Source: an uncultured Gammaproteobacteria bacterium (lineage in GTDB: Bacteria; Patescibacteriota; Patescibacteriia; Patescibacteriales; UBA12465). Taken from it: DNA of 64,000 bases. The stretch's first letter is position 1. Each line of letters begins with the position of its first letter. The position numbers and the translations under genes are program-made. The notes below the pieces were generated by a model. That model was not told the origin of the DNA and did not search any database. It saw nothing but the letters and a program-made list of their open reading frames with translations. Location: the NCBI GenBank assembly GCA_964470695.1, contig CAYYDR010000001.1, positions 593,997 to 657,996 of the forward strand, read 5' to 3'. Positions 25,647-35,277 of the stretch are shown in pieces.

Positions 25647-28600
25647 TTAAAATTCTGAAAAAAATTCGGCCTGCCCTTTGTTCTTAGCTATTTCTTTCAA
25701 AAGTTCCTTAGCTAAAGATGTTCTCTTGTCAGGTAAATTATCATAAAGCATCTGCTTAAGTGGAATAGCTTCTTTTAGAGACTTGCCATCTAAAACATCC
25801 CCATTTCTAATAATATTAAATTTATCACTCTGTCCTGTTTCTGATAACCTGTTAAAAGCCATATGAAATTTTTCATATTCTTTAGTTTCAAAATGATAAA
25901 TACCATCTCGTTTAGCCATGACCAGTTCGCCTAAATTAGTTCTGGCCCCATTGGGCAAATCTTTTAAATTTTCAATGGAAGTAAAGGCTTTCTTGGCCTC
26001 ATCTACGCCTATATCCTTAAACTCTGACCCTGATTTATAGGCAGATGGATCTTCTACGGCTGATTTATTTACATCAGCCTTAGCCTCCTCTAAAGACGAT
26101 GACTCACCAGACCCCTTACCGGTTTCAATGTTGGCCGCATTATCAGTCTTGCCAGAAACATCACTATGAACTTCTTGAGCGGCAGCTGCACCGTTTCCGC
26201 TGTCCGAAGAAGAGCTAGCGTCCTGCTCAAAGCCTAAACGGGACGATTTCGGACTATGGTCAAATAAAACTGATTCTGAAGTAACGGCTGACGATATTTT
26301 CCCATTATTCAAGACGTTTTCCGTGCCCTCCTTAATGACCACGTCGTCTATCTTAATACCATGTTTATCATGGTACAAAAATTCATGTTGGGCTCTAATA
26401 TCAGCTTTTGATTTTTCAATAAATTGCTTCTTAAGCTCTTCATAGTTTACGTCCTTCCCCTTGTTTGGAAGTTCTGACGCGCTGTTTTTAGGAGCAACGA
26501 CTTCCTCAGCTTTTACCCCACCCTGACTAGCACGTTCTAAATGCCCCGGATCAAAACCGTCGCCCTTTTCTATCTCAATACTATAGTTTCCTTTCGCATC
26601 CTGATTTAGCACTATCTTATTGCCTTCAAAAACTTTATCAGTTAATTCTCCTGAATTATTAATTGCCTTTCCAGTCTGAATCTGAGACCAGGCTTCTAAG
26701 GCTTTAGCATCGTTAACATCGCCCTTATAGCCCAATTCCGCGGCGTGATCTTTAAAAATCTGGTTAGTAGAATGCCAGACGGAATCGGTATGACCGGGTT
26801 TAAGATTTTCGTTAGTAATTATGTCTTCATAAGCTGAGGACTTAGGGGCTATAGGCGCTTCCTCTAATCCAGGCGTTTGACTACTACCACTAGCGGAGGA
26901 AGTTTCTAAATCAGGTATTTTACTGCCGCCACTAGCTGGCGGTGTCTCTAAATTTTGACCGCTTACACTATCAGGCTTATTCCCGGTGATTCTTTCTATT
27001 ATACTGCCGGAATCGCCTCTAAGACCGCCGATTGGCTTAACCATGGTAGCATCAGCAACAGCTCCACTAGAGGGCGGTACTGGTACTTCCAAATCGGGTA
27101 ACTGGCTATCACCGCTAACTAGCGGCATTTCTAGACCAGGGGCAACTTCTCCAGATGATCCAGCGGCTGTTGTGTCTACTGGGACTGTTTCAGTCTGAGT
27201 TGTGTCTGTCTCAACTTGATTATTATCTGCGCTTGGTTCCTCATCTACAATTTCATCAGTTAATTCTGTCTTTCCGGAATGAGAATGGTTAAGATGACGA
27301 GATAATTCATGGACCATTCCGCCCACTCCTAGACCAACCACGGCGCCGCCGACCCGTCCAACAACTTTTATTATTCTGTCATTATTTTTATACTTTTTAT
27401 CACTTTTTATTTCCTTCTCCAAACTCTCGTTTAAAGCGGCCACATTAAATTTTTTATTTCCGCTCCCTAAAGCAATATCCTCGGTCTCCTCTACTTCTTT
27501 TTTTAATTTTAAATACTCCTCAGGGCTATTCTTTTGAAAATTTTTATCTAATAATTTTTTTCTAGCGGCCGCATAATCTGATTTATTGGTTATTTTTTTA
27601 TCAGTGACAATATTGTAAGAAGCCTCATATTTCTGATTCTCTTTATTTATATAGTGGTCAACTACGGCTCCGCCTAAGCGGTAACCCGCAAGAGCTGATA
27701 AGGCCAATCTGGTGCCAGGCAATTCCCTGGCCGCTAAACCCAAACCAGCTAAAACGGCCGCGCTTACCGTCTTCTCACGAGTAGATTCACCGCTAATTAC
27801 CTTATCCATTGTCTTGATAATTTTATCAAGCTTGGTAGTCTTATTTAAAGCGGCCTCTTTTTCAGCATTTATTTTATCAATATCATCCAATCCTTCTAAG
27901 GTTCTAATAATTTTGTCTTTATAGTCCATTAATTTATCCGGCGGGATGTTCAGCATGCCTAAACTATTTTGTTCTTCAATATATTTATCAATCAGGGCAG
28001 TTCTTTCTCCTTTTTCGCCAAGATTAACTTTTTCAATCTCAACCTTTTTCTTAAGACTAATAGAAGCGGCTAAGCGATCTTGCAGGGTAATCTTTTCTTC
28101 ATCAGTTTTTTTAGCTTTTATTTCGGCCGTCTTTTTAGCCAAATCTTTAGCTAAAACTTTATCAGTTATCAAACGATCAACCACTCTAGCAACAGCAATG
28201 GCCCCCATACCAAAACCAACCCCCATACCAAAAGTCGGTATTGTGGAAGTTGCAAATAACACGCCAGCCCCCATATAGACGGCTGTTTTTGTTACTGCTA
28301 GACCGATTCTTTTAGTACGACTTGCACTCTTATTAATTTCATCTTTAGCCTCAGCAACAAGACTTTCCTCTTGTACTTGGTAAATTTCCCTTATTGTATC
28401 TTCGGAAAGTCCTGTCTTAGTCGCTAATTCTTTTAACTTACTATCCAGATTCTTATCTAGCTCCTTGGCCAGTAAAGAATCTGACAAACCTTTAAGTTCT
28501 TCCTCTAAATAGGACTGATTGGTCTCTATAAAACGTACTCCTGGGGTTTCTATTTTCCCTTCTTGTATTTTCAATTTTTCTAAATGCTGGCGATAGTTAA

Positions 28601-29189
28601 GCGGCAAGTCAATTTCCGGCTCAACAACTTCTGGTTCTGGGGTAGACGGAACCTGATCAGGATTAGGTTGAGTCTGATCCGGGGTAACCGGATCTTGATT
28701 TTGAGTCTGAGCTTGATCAGGACTAACTGGGGCCTGATTTTGAGCCTGAGCTTGATCAGGACTAACTGGGGCCTGATTTTGAGCCTGAGCTTGATCCGGA
28801 GCGGCCTGATTTAAATTAGCATCTGGAATCGGCACGGATTGATTATTAGCAACCGTCTGTCCGGCCTCTCTATTCTTAATTGCATTTTTAACATTATCAA
28901 AACTAGGGTCGTATTCTACGCCAAAATCCGCTACAAACTTCTGTTTAGCCGTTTCCAGCTTTCCTTCAAATTTTGCAATCTTTTCTGAGGTGTTAGCACT
29001 CTTCTTCTCATTGTTAATTTTTCTAATACTATCTAGTCGCTCTTTAACAGAGGTTAGAAAAGCCTTCATTTCTGCTGGAGACATGGCCTTTTTCTCAACA
29101 CTAGCCTGGACCTCTGGAGCCGCTTCAGTTCCATTAACTGGCTTATCAGTTTTTTTAAAAATTTTGAAAAAATTTTCAGCAAATTTCAT
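25647..29189 (-). CDS. Very large low-complexity membrane/surface protein with tandem repeats
   Basis: 1180 aa. Coiled-coil-like K/E-rich stretches. At least three Gly-rich hydrophobic segments (for example GAGVLFATSTIPTFGMGVGFGMGAIAVA and VGGAVVGLGVGGMV). QAQAQNQAPVSPD repeats and S/G/P/E-rich repeats. Confidence 0.8.
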   Translation of the reverse strand: MKFAENFFKIFKKTDKPVNGTEAAPEVQASVEKKAMSPAEMKAFLTSVKERLDSIRKINNEKKSANTSEKIAKFEGKLETAKQKFVADFGVEYDPSFDNVKNAIKNREAGQTVANNQSVPIPDANLNQAAPDQAQAQNQAPVSPDQAQAQNQAPVSPDQAQTQNQDPVTPDQTQPNPDQVPSTPEPEVVEPEIDLPLNYRQHLEKLKIQEGKIETPGVRFIETNQSYLEEELKGLSDSLLAKELDKNLDSKLKELATKTGLSEDTIREIYQVQEESLVAEAKDEINKSASRTKRIGLAVTKTAVYMGAGVLFATSTIPTFGMGVGFGMGAIAVARVVDRLITDKVLAKDLAKKTAEIKAKKTDEEKITLQDRLAASISLKKKVEIEKVNLGEKGERTALIDKYIEEQNSLGMLNIPPDKLMDYKDKIIRTLEGLDDIDKINAEKEAALNKTTKLDKIIKTMDKVISGESTREKTVSAAVLAGLGLAARELPGTRLALSALAGYRLGGAVVDHYINKENQKYEASYNIVTDKKITNKSDYAAARKKLLDKNFQKNSPEEYLKLKKEVEETEDIALGSGNKKFNVAALNESLEKEIKSDKKYKNNDRIIKVVGRVGGAVVGLGVGGMVHELSRHLNHSHSGKTELTDEIVDEEPSADNNQVETDTTQTETVPVDTTAAGSSGEVAPGLEMPLVSGDSQLPDLEVPVPPSSGAVADATMVKPIGGLRGDSGSIIERITGNKPDSVSGQNLETPPASGGSKIPDLETSSASGSSQTPGLEEAPIAPKSSAYEDIITNENLKPGHTDSVWHSTNQIFKDHAAELGYKGDVNDAKALEAWSQIQTGKAINNSGELTDKVFEGNKIVLNQDAKGNYSIEIEKGDGFDPGHLERASQGGVKAEEVVAPKNSASELPNKGKDVNYEELKKQFIEKSKADIRAQHEFLYHDKHGIKIDDVVIKEGTENVLNNGKISSAVTSESVLFDHSPKSSRLGFEQDASSSSDSGNGAAAAQEVHSDVSGKTDNAANIETGKGSGESSSLEEAKADVNKSAVEDPSAYKSGSEFKDIGVDEAKKAFTSIENLKDLPNGARTNLGELVMAKRDGIYHFETKEYEKFHMAFNRLSETGQSDKFNIIRNGDVLDGKSLKEAIPLKQMLYDNLPDKRTSLAKELLKEIAKNKGQAEFFSEF
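28670..28813 (-). repeat. 39-bp in-frame tandem repeat inside the 1180-aa gene
   Basis: GCTTGATCAGGACTAACTGGGGCCTGATTTTGAGCCTGA occurs twice exactly (28711-28749, 28750-28788), with degenerate copies on both sides. Encodes (A/D)PVSPDQAQAQNQ. Confidence 0.9.
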
Positions 29190-29200
29190 ATATGCTTATA

Positions 29201-29545
29201 TTATTTAGTCAAACTAGCGACTGCCTTTTGAATAAATTCTTCCATCCCCGTTTTTACCTTAGCCGGATAATCAGGGATATATTTATCTAATAAAATTTGT
29301 AATTTAGCCGAGTCAGGCATTGGGCCATCATCTAAAAGAGCAGCATATTCCGTTTGGCCCGCCTCAGGCAAATTTTCCATAATTATCAAACCCAAACGAC
29401 GACTAAGCTGAAGAACTAAGGTCTCCTTAAGATAGTTTTTATCCGCCTCCGGCAGGTCGGAGAGATAGGCCTGGCTGATAATATTATCAGCAATCACTTC
29501 CATCTCGTCTACTGGCGCCTGTCCGCCATTAATTGGATTGGTCAT
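29201..29545 (-). CDS. Hypothetical acidic protein
   Basis: 114 aa ORF between recO and the giant gene. No motif recognised. Confidence 0.55.
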   Translation of the reverse strand: MTNPINGGQAPVDEMEVIADNIISQAYLSDLPEADKNYLKETLVLQLSRRLGLIIMENLPEAGQTEYAALLDDGPMPDSAKLQILLDKYIPDYPAKVKTGMEEFIQKAVASLTK

Positions 29546-29611
29546 AATTCAAATATGTTAATTATGAAATAGTAAGTAGCTATATTAATGATAGCATCTT
29601 TAGTTTAAATA

Positions 29612-30355
29612 TTAAAATCGGAAATCAAGAAAATTACTGACTAAACCATATAGTTCTTTGGCTAACTTTCTTTCTATTTTAAGCTTTCCGGCCATTTTGA
29701 ATTTATTATCCATGATAAAACGTATTATTTTAACACAATTATCGGAAATCGTCAAAAATCCCTGGCTAAAAAATTCCTGACCACGGCTAGCTTCAAAACA
29801 TTTACCGCAAACTATTCCGCCGCCCATTAAACTAAAATAATTTTGGCCCGGCTTTATGTCTTCTCCACAAGACAAACATTTGCTAACCTCCGGTTTATAG
29901 CCTAACTCAGACGCCAAACGTAAAATAAAAAAAGATAGGAGCAATTCCCCGTCTTGTTTTCTGAATTCAACCGAAGAATCGTTTAAGGCCTCCAGCCACC
30001 GGCCCAACAAAAAAAACAGGCGTTCATCCGCCTGGTTTTCCTTTACTAGCCGGTTAAAAAGACTTAAGGCCTGGCCAGCATAATATAATTTATTCAAGTC
30101 CTCCCTAATCCCTAAATAAGACTCACGCGTCACCGCACTACCAATATAATCCCGACTCTTGCCGCGGATAATCATAACATCAGCCATAGTCAGAGGCTCA
30201 ATATGACCGGCCAACTTAGATTTTATTTTTTTAACCCCGCGAGCTAGTAAAAACAGCTTGCCCGAATCAGCCGTATAAACAGTAACTAGGGCGTCATTTT
30301 CTCTATAAGGCTGGCGATTTAAAATAAAGGCGGCCGTATTTCTAGTTTCCTCCAT
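29612..30355 (-). CDS. recO: DNA repair protein RecO
   Basis: 247 aa. N-terminal OB-fold pattern (ILNRQPYRENDALVTVYT), zinc finger CLSCG..CGKC. Confidence 0.85.
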   Translation of the reverse strand: MEETRNTAAFILNRQPYRENDALVTVYTADSGKLFLLARGVKKIKSKLAGHIEPLTMADVMIIRGKSRDYIGSAVTRESYLGIREDLNKLYYAGQALSLFNRLVKENQADERLFFLLGRWLEALNDSSVEFRKQDGELLLSFFILRLASELGYKPEVSKCLSCGEDIKPGQNYFSLMGGGIVCGKCFEASRGQEFFSQGFLTISDNCVKIIRFIMDNKFKMAGKLKIERKLAKELYGLVSNFLDFRF

Positions 30356-30752
30356 ATTGGCCCTTATCTAGGTAACTCTGTAAAATAATAGTCGCTGCTA
30401 GCTCATCCCGTTCCGCTTTCTCTCCGTCCGTGCCATCAAGCGCATCAGCGGCCAGACTGCTTAAACGCTCATCAACTAATTCTACTCTTCGCCCGCCCCG
30501 CTCTTTCAACTGTTCTAAAAAATTAAGCCAAGCCGGATTATCAGCTACTCCGCCTGACATTTTACGCGGATCGCCCATTACCACTATATCCGTTTCTTCT
30601 TCTTTCATGGCCGTTAACACCTCTGCCAAACTACTAACTGTTTTAAGCGGCAGAGCTAAATTTACCTCACTGTCGCCAGTGGCTAGCCCGATTCGTTTTT
30701 CGCCCCAATCAATCCCTAAATATTTTTTAATATTATCCATATAATTTTTCAA
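30342..30752 (-). CDS. ruvX: Holliday-junction-resolvase-like nuclease YqgF/RuvX
   Basis: 136 aa. YLGIDWGEKRIGLA, DERLSS. An alternative start at MDNIKK (30740) is possible. Overlaps recO by 14 nt. Confidence 0.85.
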   Translation of the reverse strand: MKNYMDNIKKYLGIDWGEKRIGLATGDSEVNLALPLKTVSSLAEVLTAMKEEETDIVVMGDPRKMSGGVADNPAWLNFLEQLKERGGRRVELVDERLSSLAADALDGTDGEKAERDELAATIILQSYLDKGQYGGN

Positions 30753-30771
30753 GAATATTATGCTGATTAAA

Positions 30772-31605
30772 TTAGGCTTTAGTTAAAATTTGGCAGCCAT
30801 CTTCAGTAATTGCTACTGTATGTTCAAAATGGGCGCTTAAAGAACCGTCGGCCGTAACAACCGTATAATCATTATCAGCCATAGTTACCCGCCAATCACC
30901 GGCATTAATCATCGGTTCAATCGCGATTACCATACCTGGTTTAAGCACGATATTTTCCGGCGATTTCTCCTTAATAACAAAATTAAAGACATCGGGTTTT
31001 TCATGAGCATAATAACCAACCCCGTGGCCGACTAAATCGCGCACCACTCCATATCCTTGGCTTTCCGCCGTTGATTCAACGGCCCGAGCGATATCATTAA
31101 GCGTATTGCCTGGTTTGGCGGCTTTTAAAGCCAAATCTAAGCATTGTTTAGAAACATGAAGAAGTTTTTTAGCCTCCGCACTTATTTTACCGACTCCGAC
31201 CGTTAGACAGGTATCAGTATAATATCCGCCGCCTGGCGAAAAAGGATTACGAGGCGCCTGATATTTTTCCTGTAATTTTTTATCTACCGGCCATTCCATG
31301 CCTATATCTAAGTCAACAATATCGCCTGATTGCAAAACTCTAATTGGCCAAGCCGCGCCATGGACAACCTCATTATTAATAGAAACGCAAAGAGTAGACG
31401 GGAAAAAGATACCTCCTCCCATAGGGTAATCTTTAAAGGCCGAAGCGCCCCCCTCTTTTTCAATTAAAGAGTTGGCTAAATCTTCTAAATACCCAGTATT
31501 AACTCCGGGTTTTATTTCGGCGGCCAAGCGACTTAAAATGGCCGCCAAACGGCGACCGCCTTCCGCTAATATTCTAATTTCTTCTGGTGTTTTAAGATAA
31601 ACCAT
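30772..31605 (-). CDS. map: Methionine aminopeptidase, type I
   Basis: 277 aa. Metal-ligand context DIVDLDIG, GHGVG, IAIEPMI, HFEHTV. Confidence 0.93.
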   Translation of the reverse strand: MVYLKTPEEIRILAEGGRRLAAILSRLAAEIKPGVNTGYLEDLANSLIEKEGGASAFKDYPMGGGIFFPSTLCVSINNEVVHGAAWPIRVLQSGDIVDLDIGMEWPVDKKLQEKYQAPRNPFSPGGGYYTDTCLTVGVGKISAEAKKLLHVSKQCLDLALKAAKPGNTLNDIARAVESTAESQGYGVVRDLVGHGVGYYAHEKPDVFNFVIKEKSPENIVLKPGMVIAIEPMINAGDWRVTMADNDYTVVTADGSLSAHFEHTVAITEDGCQILTKA

Positions 31606-31607
31606 AC

Positions 31608-32372
31608 TTAAAATCTATTTAAAGGATTTAGGGGATTTACAGGGTGCGGCGCTTGATTAACCGGGGGCATCTGATCCGGCATGGCTGATCTGGCTGACCG
31701 GCCGGGACGAGTTACTGGTCCGCCGGCGGCTTGTAGCTGGGCAAAAGTTTTTTTCTGCATATCCCGAGCGACTTCGCCACCGCCTAAGCGACGCATTTGT
31801 TCATATCTAAGTCCGAGACGAGCTCTATCTCCCTGGCTCTGTTTTCCGCCGCCCAGCGAGGAGGCAAAGCCGGGCCGTCCTAAGCCAGGCTGGCCGGATA
31901 ATAATCCGTTCGCTTCAGACGCTGATGTATCACGGTTAACTCGAGAAAAACGCGTAGTCGGACGGGACTGAGCGGTACTAAAACGTTTAAGGCCAGTGCT
32001 AGCTAAACGATCTTCAACCACCTCATCAAGAGCCATTTCCCCTTTAATCGCTGTTTTTTCCGCTTTAACTACCGATTCGGACTTGTTACTTAAATATTCT
32101 AAAATTTCTTTCGTATCTATTTTATCCTGCTTAGAAAACTTATAGCCTTCTAGCTTCTGAATTTTTTTCAAAGCCGATACTCTGTCCAGGCGAGTAAATT
32201 TACCCAGGCGTATTTTCCGCTCGCTGTCTTTAACAACTTTAAGAATTGATGTTTTATTATCCCCCAAATTATCACCGTAACGCGTCGCTGATGACAGCTT
32301 CCTAGCAAAGCTGCCTGGACCATAAGTCGCCCGGAATTTGCTGCCTGCCCCTGGTAATTTTTTAACATCCAT
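31608..32372 (-). CDS. Hypothetical basic, largely disordered protein
   Basis: 254 aa. G/R/S/P-rich C-terminal half. Occupies the slot between secY and map. Confidence 0.6.
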   Translation of the reverse strand: MDVKKLPGAGSKFRATYGPGSFARKLSSATRYGDNLGDNKTSILKVVKDSERKIRLGKFTRLDRVSALKKIQKLEGYKFSKQDKIDTKEILEYLSNKSESVVKAEKTAIKGEMALDEVVEDRLASTGLKRFSTAQSRPTTRFSRVNRDTSASEANGLLSGQPGLGRPGFASSLGGGKQSQGDRARLGLRYEQMRRLGGGEVARDMQKKTFAQLQAAGGPVTRPGRSARSAMPDQMPPVNQAPHPVNPLNPLNRF

Positions 32373-32384
32373 ATAATTAAGCTA

Positions 32385-32681
32385 CTAGCTCTTAAAGCTA
32401 TCTAATAAATCATTAATCTGTTCTAAATCAGTCGGGGTTAAACCAAGTTTAATTCGGTCTTGATAGAGATGATATTTATCTTCTCTAATAGTTATTGAGG
32501 ATGGTTTAATGCCGCGGCGTATCTTTTCCTTATATTTATTTATTAACTTAAGAATCAGCTCTCTATTGCCTGAATCTAAATTACGAAAATTGGGATTAGT
32601 CCGCATTAATTCCTCCATGCGGCGCGTAATCCGGTAATTTTCTTGATTAGCCAGGTCTTTAGTTAAATCTTGCAAGTCCAT
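32385..32681 (-). CDS. Hypothetical small helical protein
   Basis: 98 aa. Weak similarity to the N-terminal part of the downstream 254-aa ORF (ILK....KIR.G). Confidence 0.6.
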   Translation of the reverse strand: MDLQDLTKDLANQENYRITRRMEELMRTNPNFRNLDSGNRELILKLINKYKEKIRRGIKPSSITIREDKYHLYQDRIKLGLTPTDLEQINDLLDSFKS

Positions 32682-32765
32682 AATTTTAAAATCAATCCTT
32701 GTCCCAAAATTTCCTGTTTATAGGCCAAGGCCTTATTTTTAAATATATTCTTAAATATTATATCA

Positions 32766-32794
32766 TAAAAAAAACCGGCTATAAAGCCGATTTT
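32766..32794 (-). terminator. Intrinsic terminator after secY
   Basis: Minus strand aaaatCGGCTttatAGCCGgtttttttt. Confidence 0.75.
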
Positions 32795-32817
32795 ATTTAT
32801 CAAAAATGCTTTAAGAA

Positions 32818-34089
32818 TTAAAGACCATCATACTCACGCATCGTGAGCTGGGATTCAATTTGCTTAACAGTTTCAATAACAACAGAAACAACGATTAGCA
32901 AACTGGTGCCGCCGACGGACAGGGCCTGAATACCGGTAAAATAGCGCATAATTAGAGGTAAAATAGCAATAATGCCTAAGAATAAAGCGCCGACTAAGAT
33001 AATTTTATGAGTAGTATTAGCTAAATAATCACTAGTATTTTTTCCTGGTCTAATGCCAGGGATAAAACCGCCTTGCTTCTGCAAATTCTCAGCAATTTGA
33101 GACGGATGAAAAATAACCTCGGTATAAAAATAGGTAAAAGCAAAAACTAAAATGAAATAAAATACGCCGTAAAATAACTGATTATTAAATAAGGCGATAG
33201 TCCCATTAGCAGCATTAGCTATCCAGGCCGTCTTGGCATGGATTAAAAATTGCGCGATCATGGACGGAAATAAAACCACGGAAACAGCAAAGATAATCGG
33301 GATAACGCCAGCCATATTAACTCTTAAAGGCAAATGGCTAGAAGTGCCGCCGAAAGTGCGGTTACCTCTAATCTGACGGGCGTATTGGACAGGAATATTG
33401 CGCTGGCCTTCATTAATAATAACAACGCCGACGACAGTAATAAGAGCAATAACTACGAAGCCGATTAACATAAACATCTGGGTAGAATCAAAGGTAACAA
33501 AAATCTGCTGAATAGCTGTTGGCAAACTAGCGACGATGCCGGCAAAAATTAATAAGGAGATGCCGTTACCGACTTTCTTTTCGGTAATTAATTCGCCAAG
33601 CCACATTAAGAAAATAGAGCCGGCGGTAATGGTTACTATCATAACTCCGAAATCAAACAGGGCAATATCGCCTAAAATACCAGCCGAACCGCGGCGCAAA
33701 AGAGTAATCATGCCATAGGATTGTAAAACAGCGAGCGGCACAGTTGCCCAACGGGTCCACATGTTTATTTTCTGGCGGCCCGCTTCTTCTTTCTGCATTT
33801 CTTCTACGCTCGGGATTATCATGCCTAAGAGCTGGAAGATAATAGAAGAAGTAATATAAGGCCCGACACCCATCATCACAATAGAAAAATTTTCCATGCC
33901 GCCGCCGGAGAATAAATTCATAAGCCCCAGAATCTGATTAGAGGAAAAGAGGTTTTTTAAAGCCACGGCATTGACGCCTGGAACTGGGATATGGGCGGCT
34001 AAACGAAAAACGACCAGCATTGCCAGCACGAAGAGGATATTATTTCTTAAATCCTTGGCTTTCCAAATTTGGTCTATTTTATCAAACAT
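32818..34089 (-). CDS. secY: Preprotein translocase subunit SecY
   Basis: 423 aa, 10 TM helices. GVGPYITSSIIFQLL, GNGISLLIFAGI. Confidence 0.95.
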   Translation of the reverse strand: MFDKIDQIWKAKDLRNNILFVLAMLVVFRLAAHIPVPGVNAVALKNLFSSNQILGLMNLFSGGGMENFSIVMMGVGPYITSSIIFQLLGMIIPSVEEMQKEEAGRQKINMWTRWATVPLAVLQSYGMITLLRRGSAGILGDIALFDFGVMIVTITAGSIFLMWLGELITEKKVGNGISLLIFAGIVASLPTAIQQIFVTFDSTQMFMLIGFVVIALITVVGVVIINEGQRNIPVQYARQIRGNRTFGGTSSHLPLRVNMAGVIPIIFAVSVVLFPSMIAQFLIHAKTAWIANAANGTIALFNNQLFYGVFYFILVFAFTYFYTEVIFHPSQIAENLQKQGGFIPGIRPGKNTSDYLANTTHKIILVGALFLGIIAILPLIMRYFTGIQALSVGGTSLLIVVSVVIETVKQIESQLTMREYDGL

Positions 34090-34107
34090 AAAAATGAAGA
34101 TAATTTT

Positions 34108-34524
34108 TTATTTTACTAACTGCGCCTTAACTGATTCACTAGTCTTAATTTTCTCAATTTTTACCTTAACCGTCAATTTTTCTTTACCTAAAATTTTAAC
34201 CGGCAAGGAAGCAGAGCCAATCAGTTTTTTCTCAAATAAAGCTAAAGGAGTAACTACTTCCCCATCCTTGAAGAAATTATTAATTGCTTTAACGCTAACC
34301 ACCTGATTCTTCGGATTCAAAGATTTAAAGCCGCGTACTTTAGGAATCTGGAGCAGCTGCTTCTTCATGCCTAAACGCTTTAAGCCAGAAACGCCGGAAC
34401 GAGATTTTTGACCCTTAAGACCGCGGGTACTATAAGTACCGTGTCCAGAAGCGTTACCGCGTCCGACCCGTTTATTTTTCTTAAGAGCGCCGGTTGATTT
34501 TTTGATCGTATTAAGTGATAACAT
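34108..34524 (-). CDS. rplO: 50S ribosomal protein L15 (uL15)
   Basis: 138 aa. RVGRGNASGHGTYSTRGLKGQKSRSG. Position after S5. Confidence 0.95.
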   Translation of the reverse strand: MLSLNTIKKSTGALKKNKRVGRGNASGHGTYSTRGLKGQKSRSGVSGLKRLGMKKQLLQIPKVRGFKSLNPKNQVVSVKAINNFFKDGEVVTPLALFEKKLIGSASLPVKILGKEKLTVKVKIEKIKTSESVKAQLVK

Positions 34525-34559
34525 ATGATTAATTGACGATTTTAGGGATTAAGATAAAT

Positions 34560-35234
34560 TTATTTAGCTTTTTTAGTCTCAGTGCCTTTAGCTTCTTTCT
34601 CGGTTTTATTTTCTTTATTCTGGTGAGACTCCTTAGCCGCTTCTTTACCCTCAGGGCGACGCAGATTACGAAGCGCCTCAATCGTACAACGAGCGTTATT
34701 AATTTTATTATTAGAACCTAACGCTTTACTAGTAATATTTTTAACGCCAGCTAACTCCAAAATGACGCGGGTAACACCGCCGGCGATAACGCCGCGGCCC
34801 TTTTTAGCCGGCTTAATCATAATCAGAGCGGCTCCCATTTTCTGTAGTACGGCGTGCGGAATAGTATCATTAACAAAAGGAACGCTAACCATATCTTTCT
34901 TAGCCTTATTAACCGCCTTATTAACCGCCATGGTAACATCAGCGCCTTTACCGACGCCAACGCCAACGCTGCCCTTTTTATCACCAATAGCAATACAAGC
35001 CCGAAAATTCATTCTTTTTCCTCCGGCCATAACACGAGTAACCCGAGCGACTTCTAAAATGCGCTGTTCCATGTCATCTTTCGGTCTATCGTCGCGGTTG
35101 CCACGTGGACCACGGCCGCGGCCACCAAAATTCTTCTTTTGGCCTCCGTATAAATCCTTGGCGACAGTTTCAGCTGCTCCGGTTTTAGCGCCGGATGTCG
35201 GGGAAACTGCTTGTGTTTTTTTCTCTTCGGACAT
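34560..35234 (-). CDS. rpsE: 30S ribosomal protein S5 (uS5) with N- and C-terminal charged extensions
   Basis: 224 aa. Core VARVTRVMAGGKRMNFRACIAIGDKKGSVGVGVGKG. Additional G/R-rich N-terminus and K/E-rich C-terminus. Confidence 0.95.
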   Translation of the reverse strand: MSEEKKTQAVSPTSGAKTGAAETVAKDLYGGQKKNFGGRGRGPRGNRDDRPKDDMEQRILEVARVTRVMAGGKRMNFRACIAIGDKKGSVGVGVGKGADVTMAVNKAVNKAKKDMVSVPFVNDTIPHAVLQKMGAALIMIKPAKKGRGVIAGGVTRVILELAGVKNITSKALGSNNKINNARCTIEALRNLRRPEGKEAAKESHQNKENKTEKEAKGTETKKAK

Positions 35235-35277
35235 ATTTTACAAAATTATATTTTCAAATTTAAAATTATGAATTAGG

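Noticed and set aside
28670-28813. Regularly spaced 39-bp direct repeats that could superficially suggest a CRISPR-like array.
   Set aside because: The repeats are contiguous with no spacers, in frame, and encode a QAQAQNQAPVSPD peptide repeat inside a long ORF. No cas genes are present.
34762-35271. 169-aa plus-strand ORF antisense to rpsE. The track has many similar antisense or alternate-frame ORFs inside nrdA, dnaG, rpoD, fusA, tuf, rplB, rplC, rplD, rplP, secY, the 1180-aa gene and others.
   Set aside because: Each is fully nested in a gene with unmistakable conserved motifs on the opposite strand or another frame. None has a recognisable domain or translation signals.
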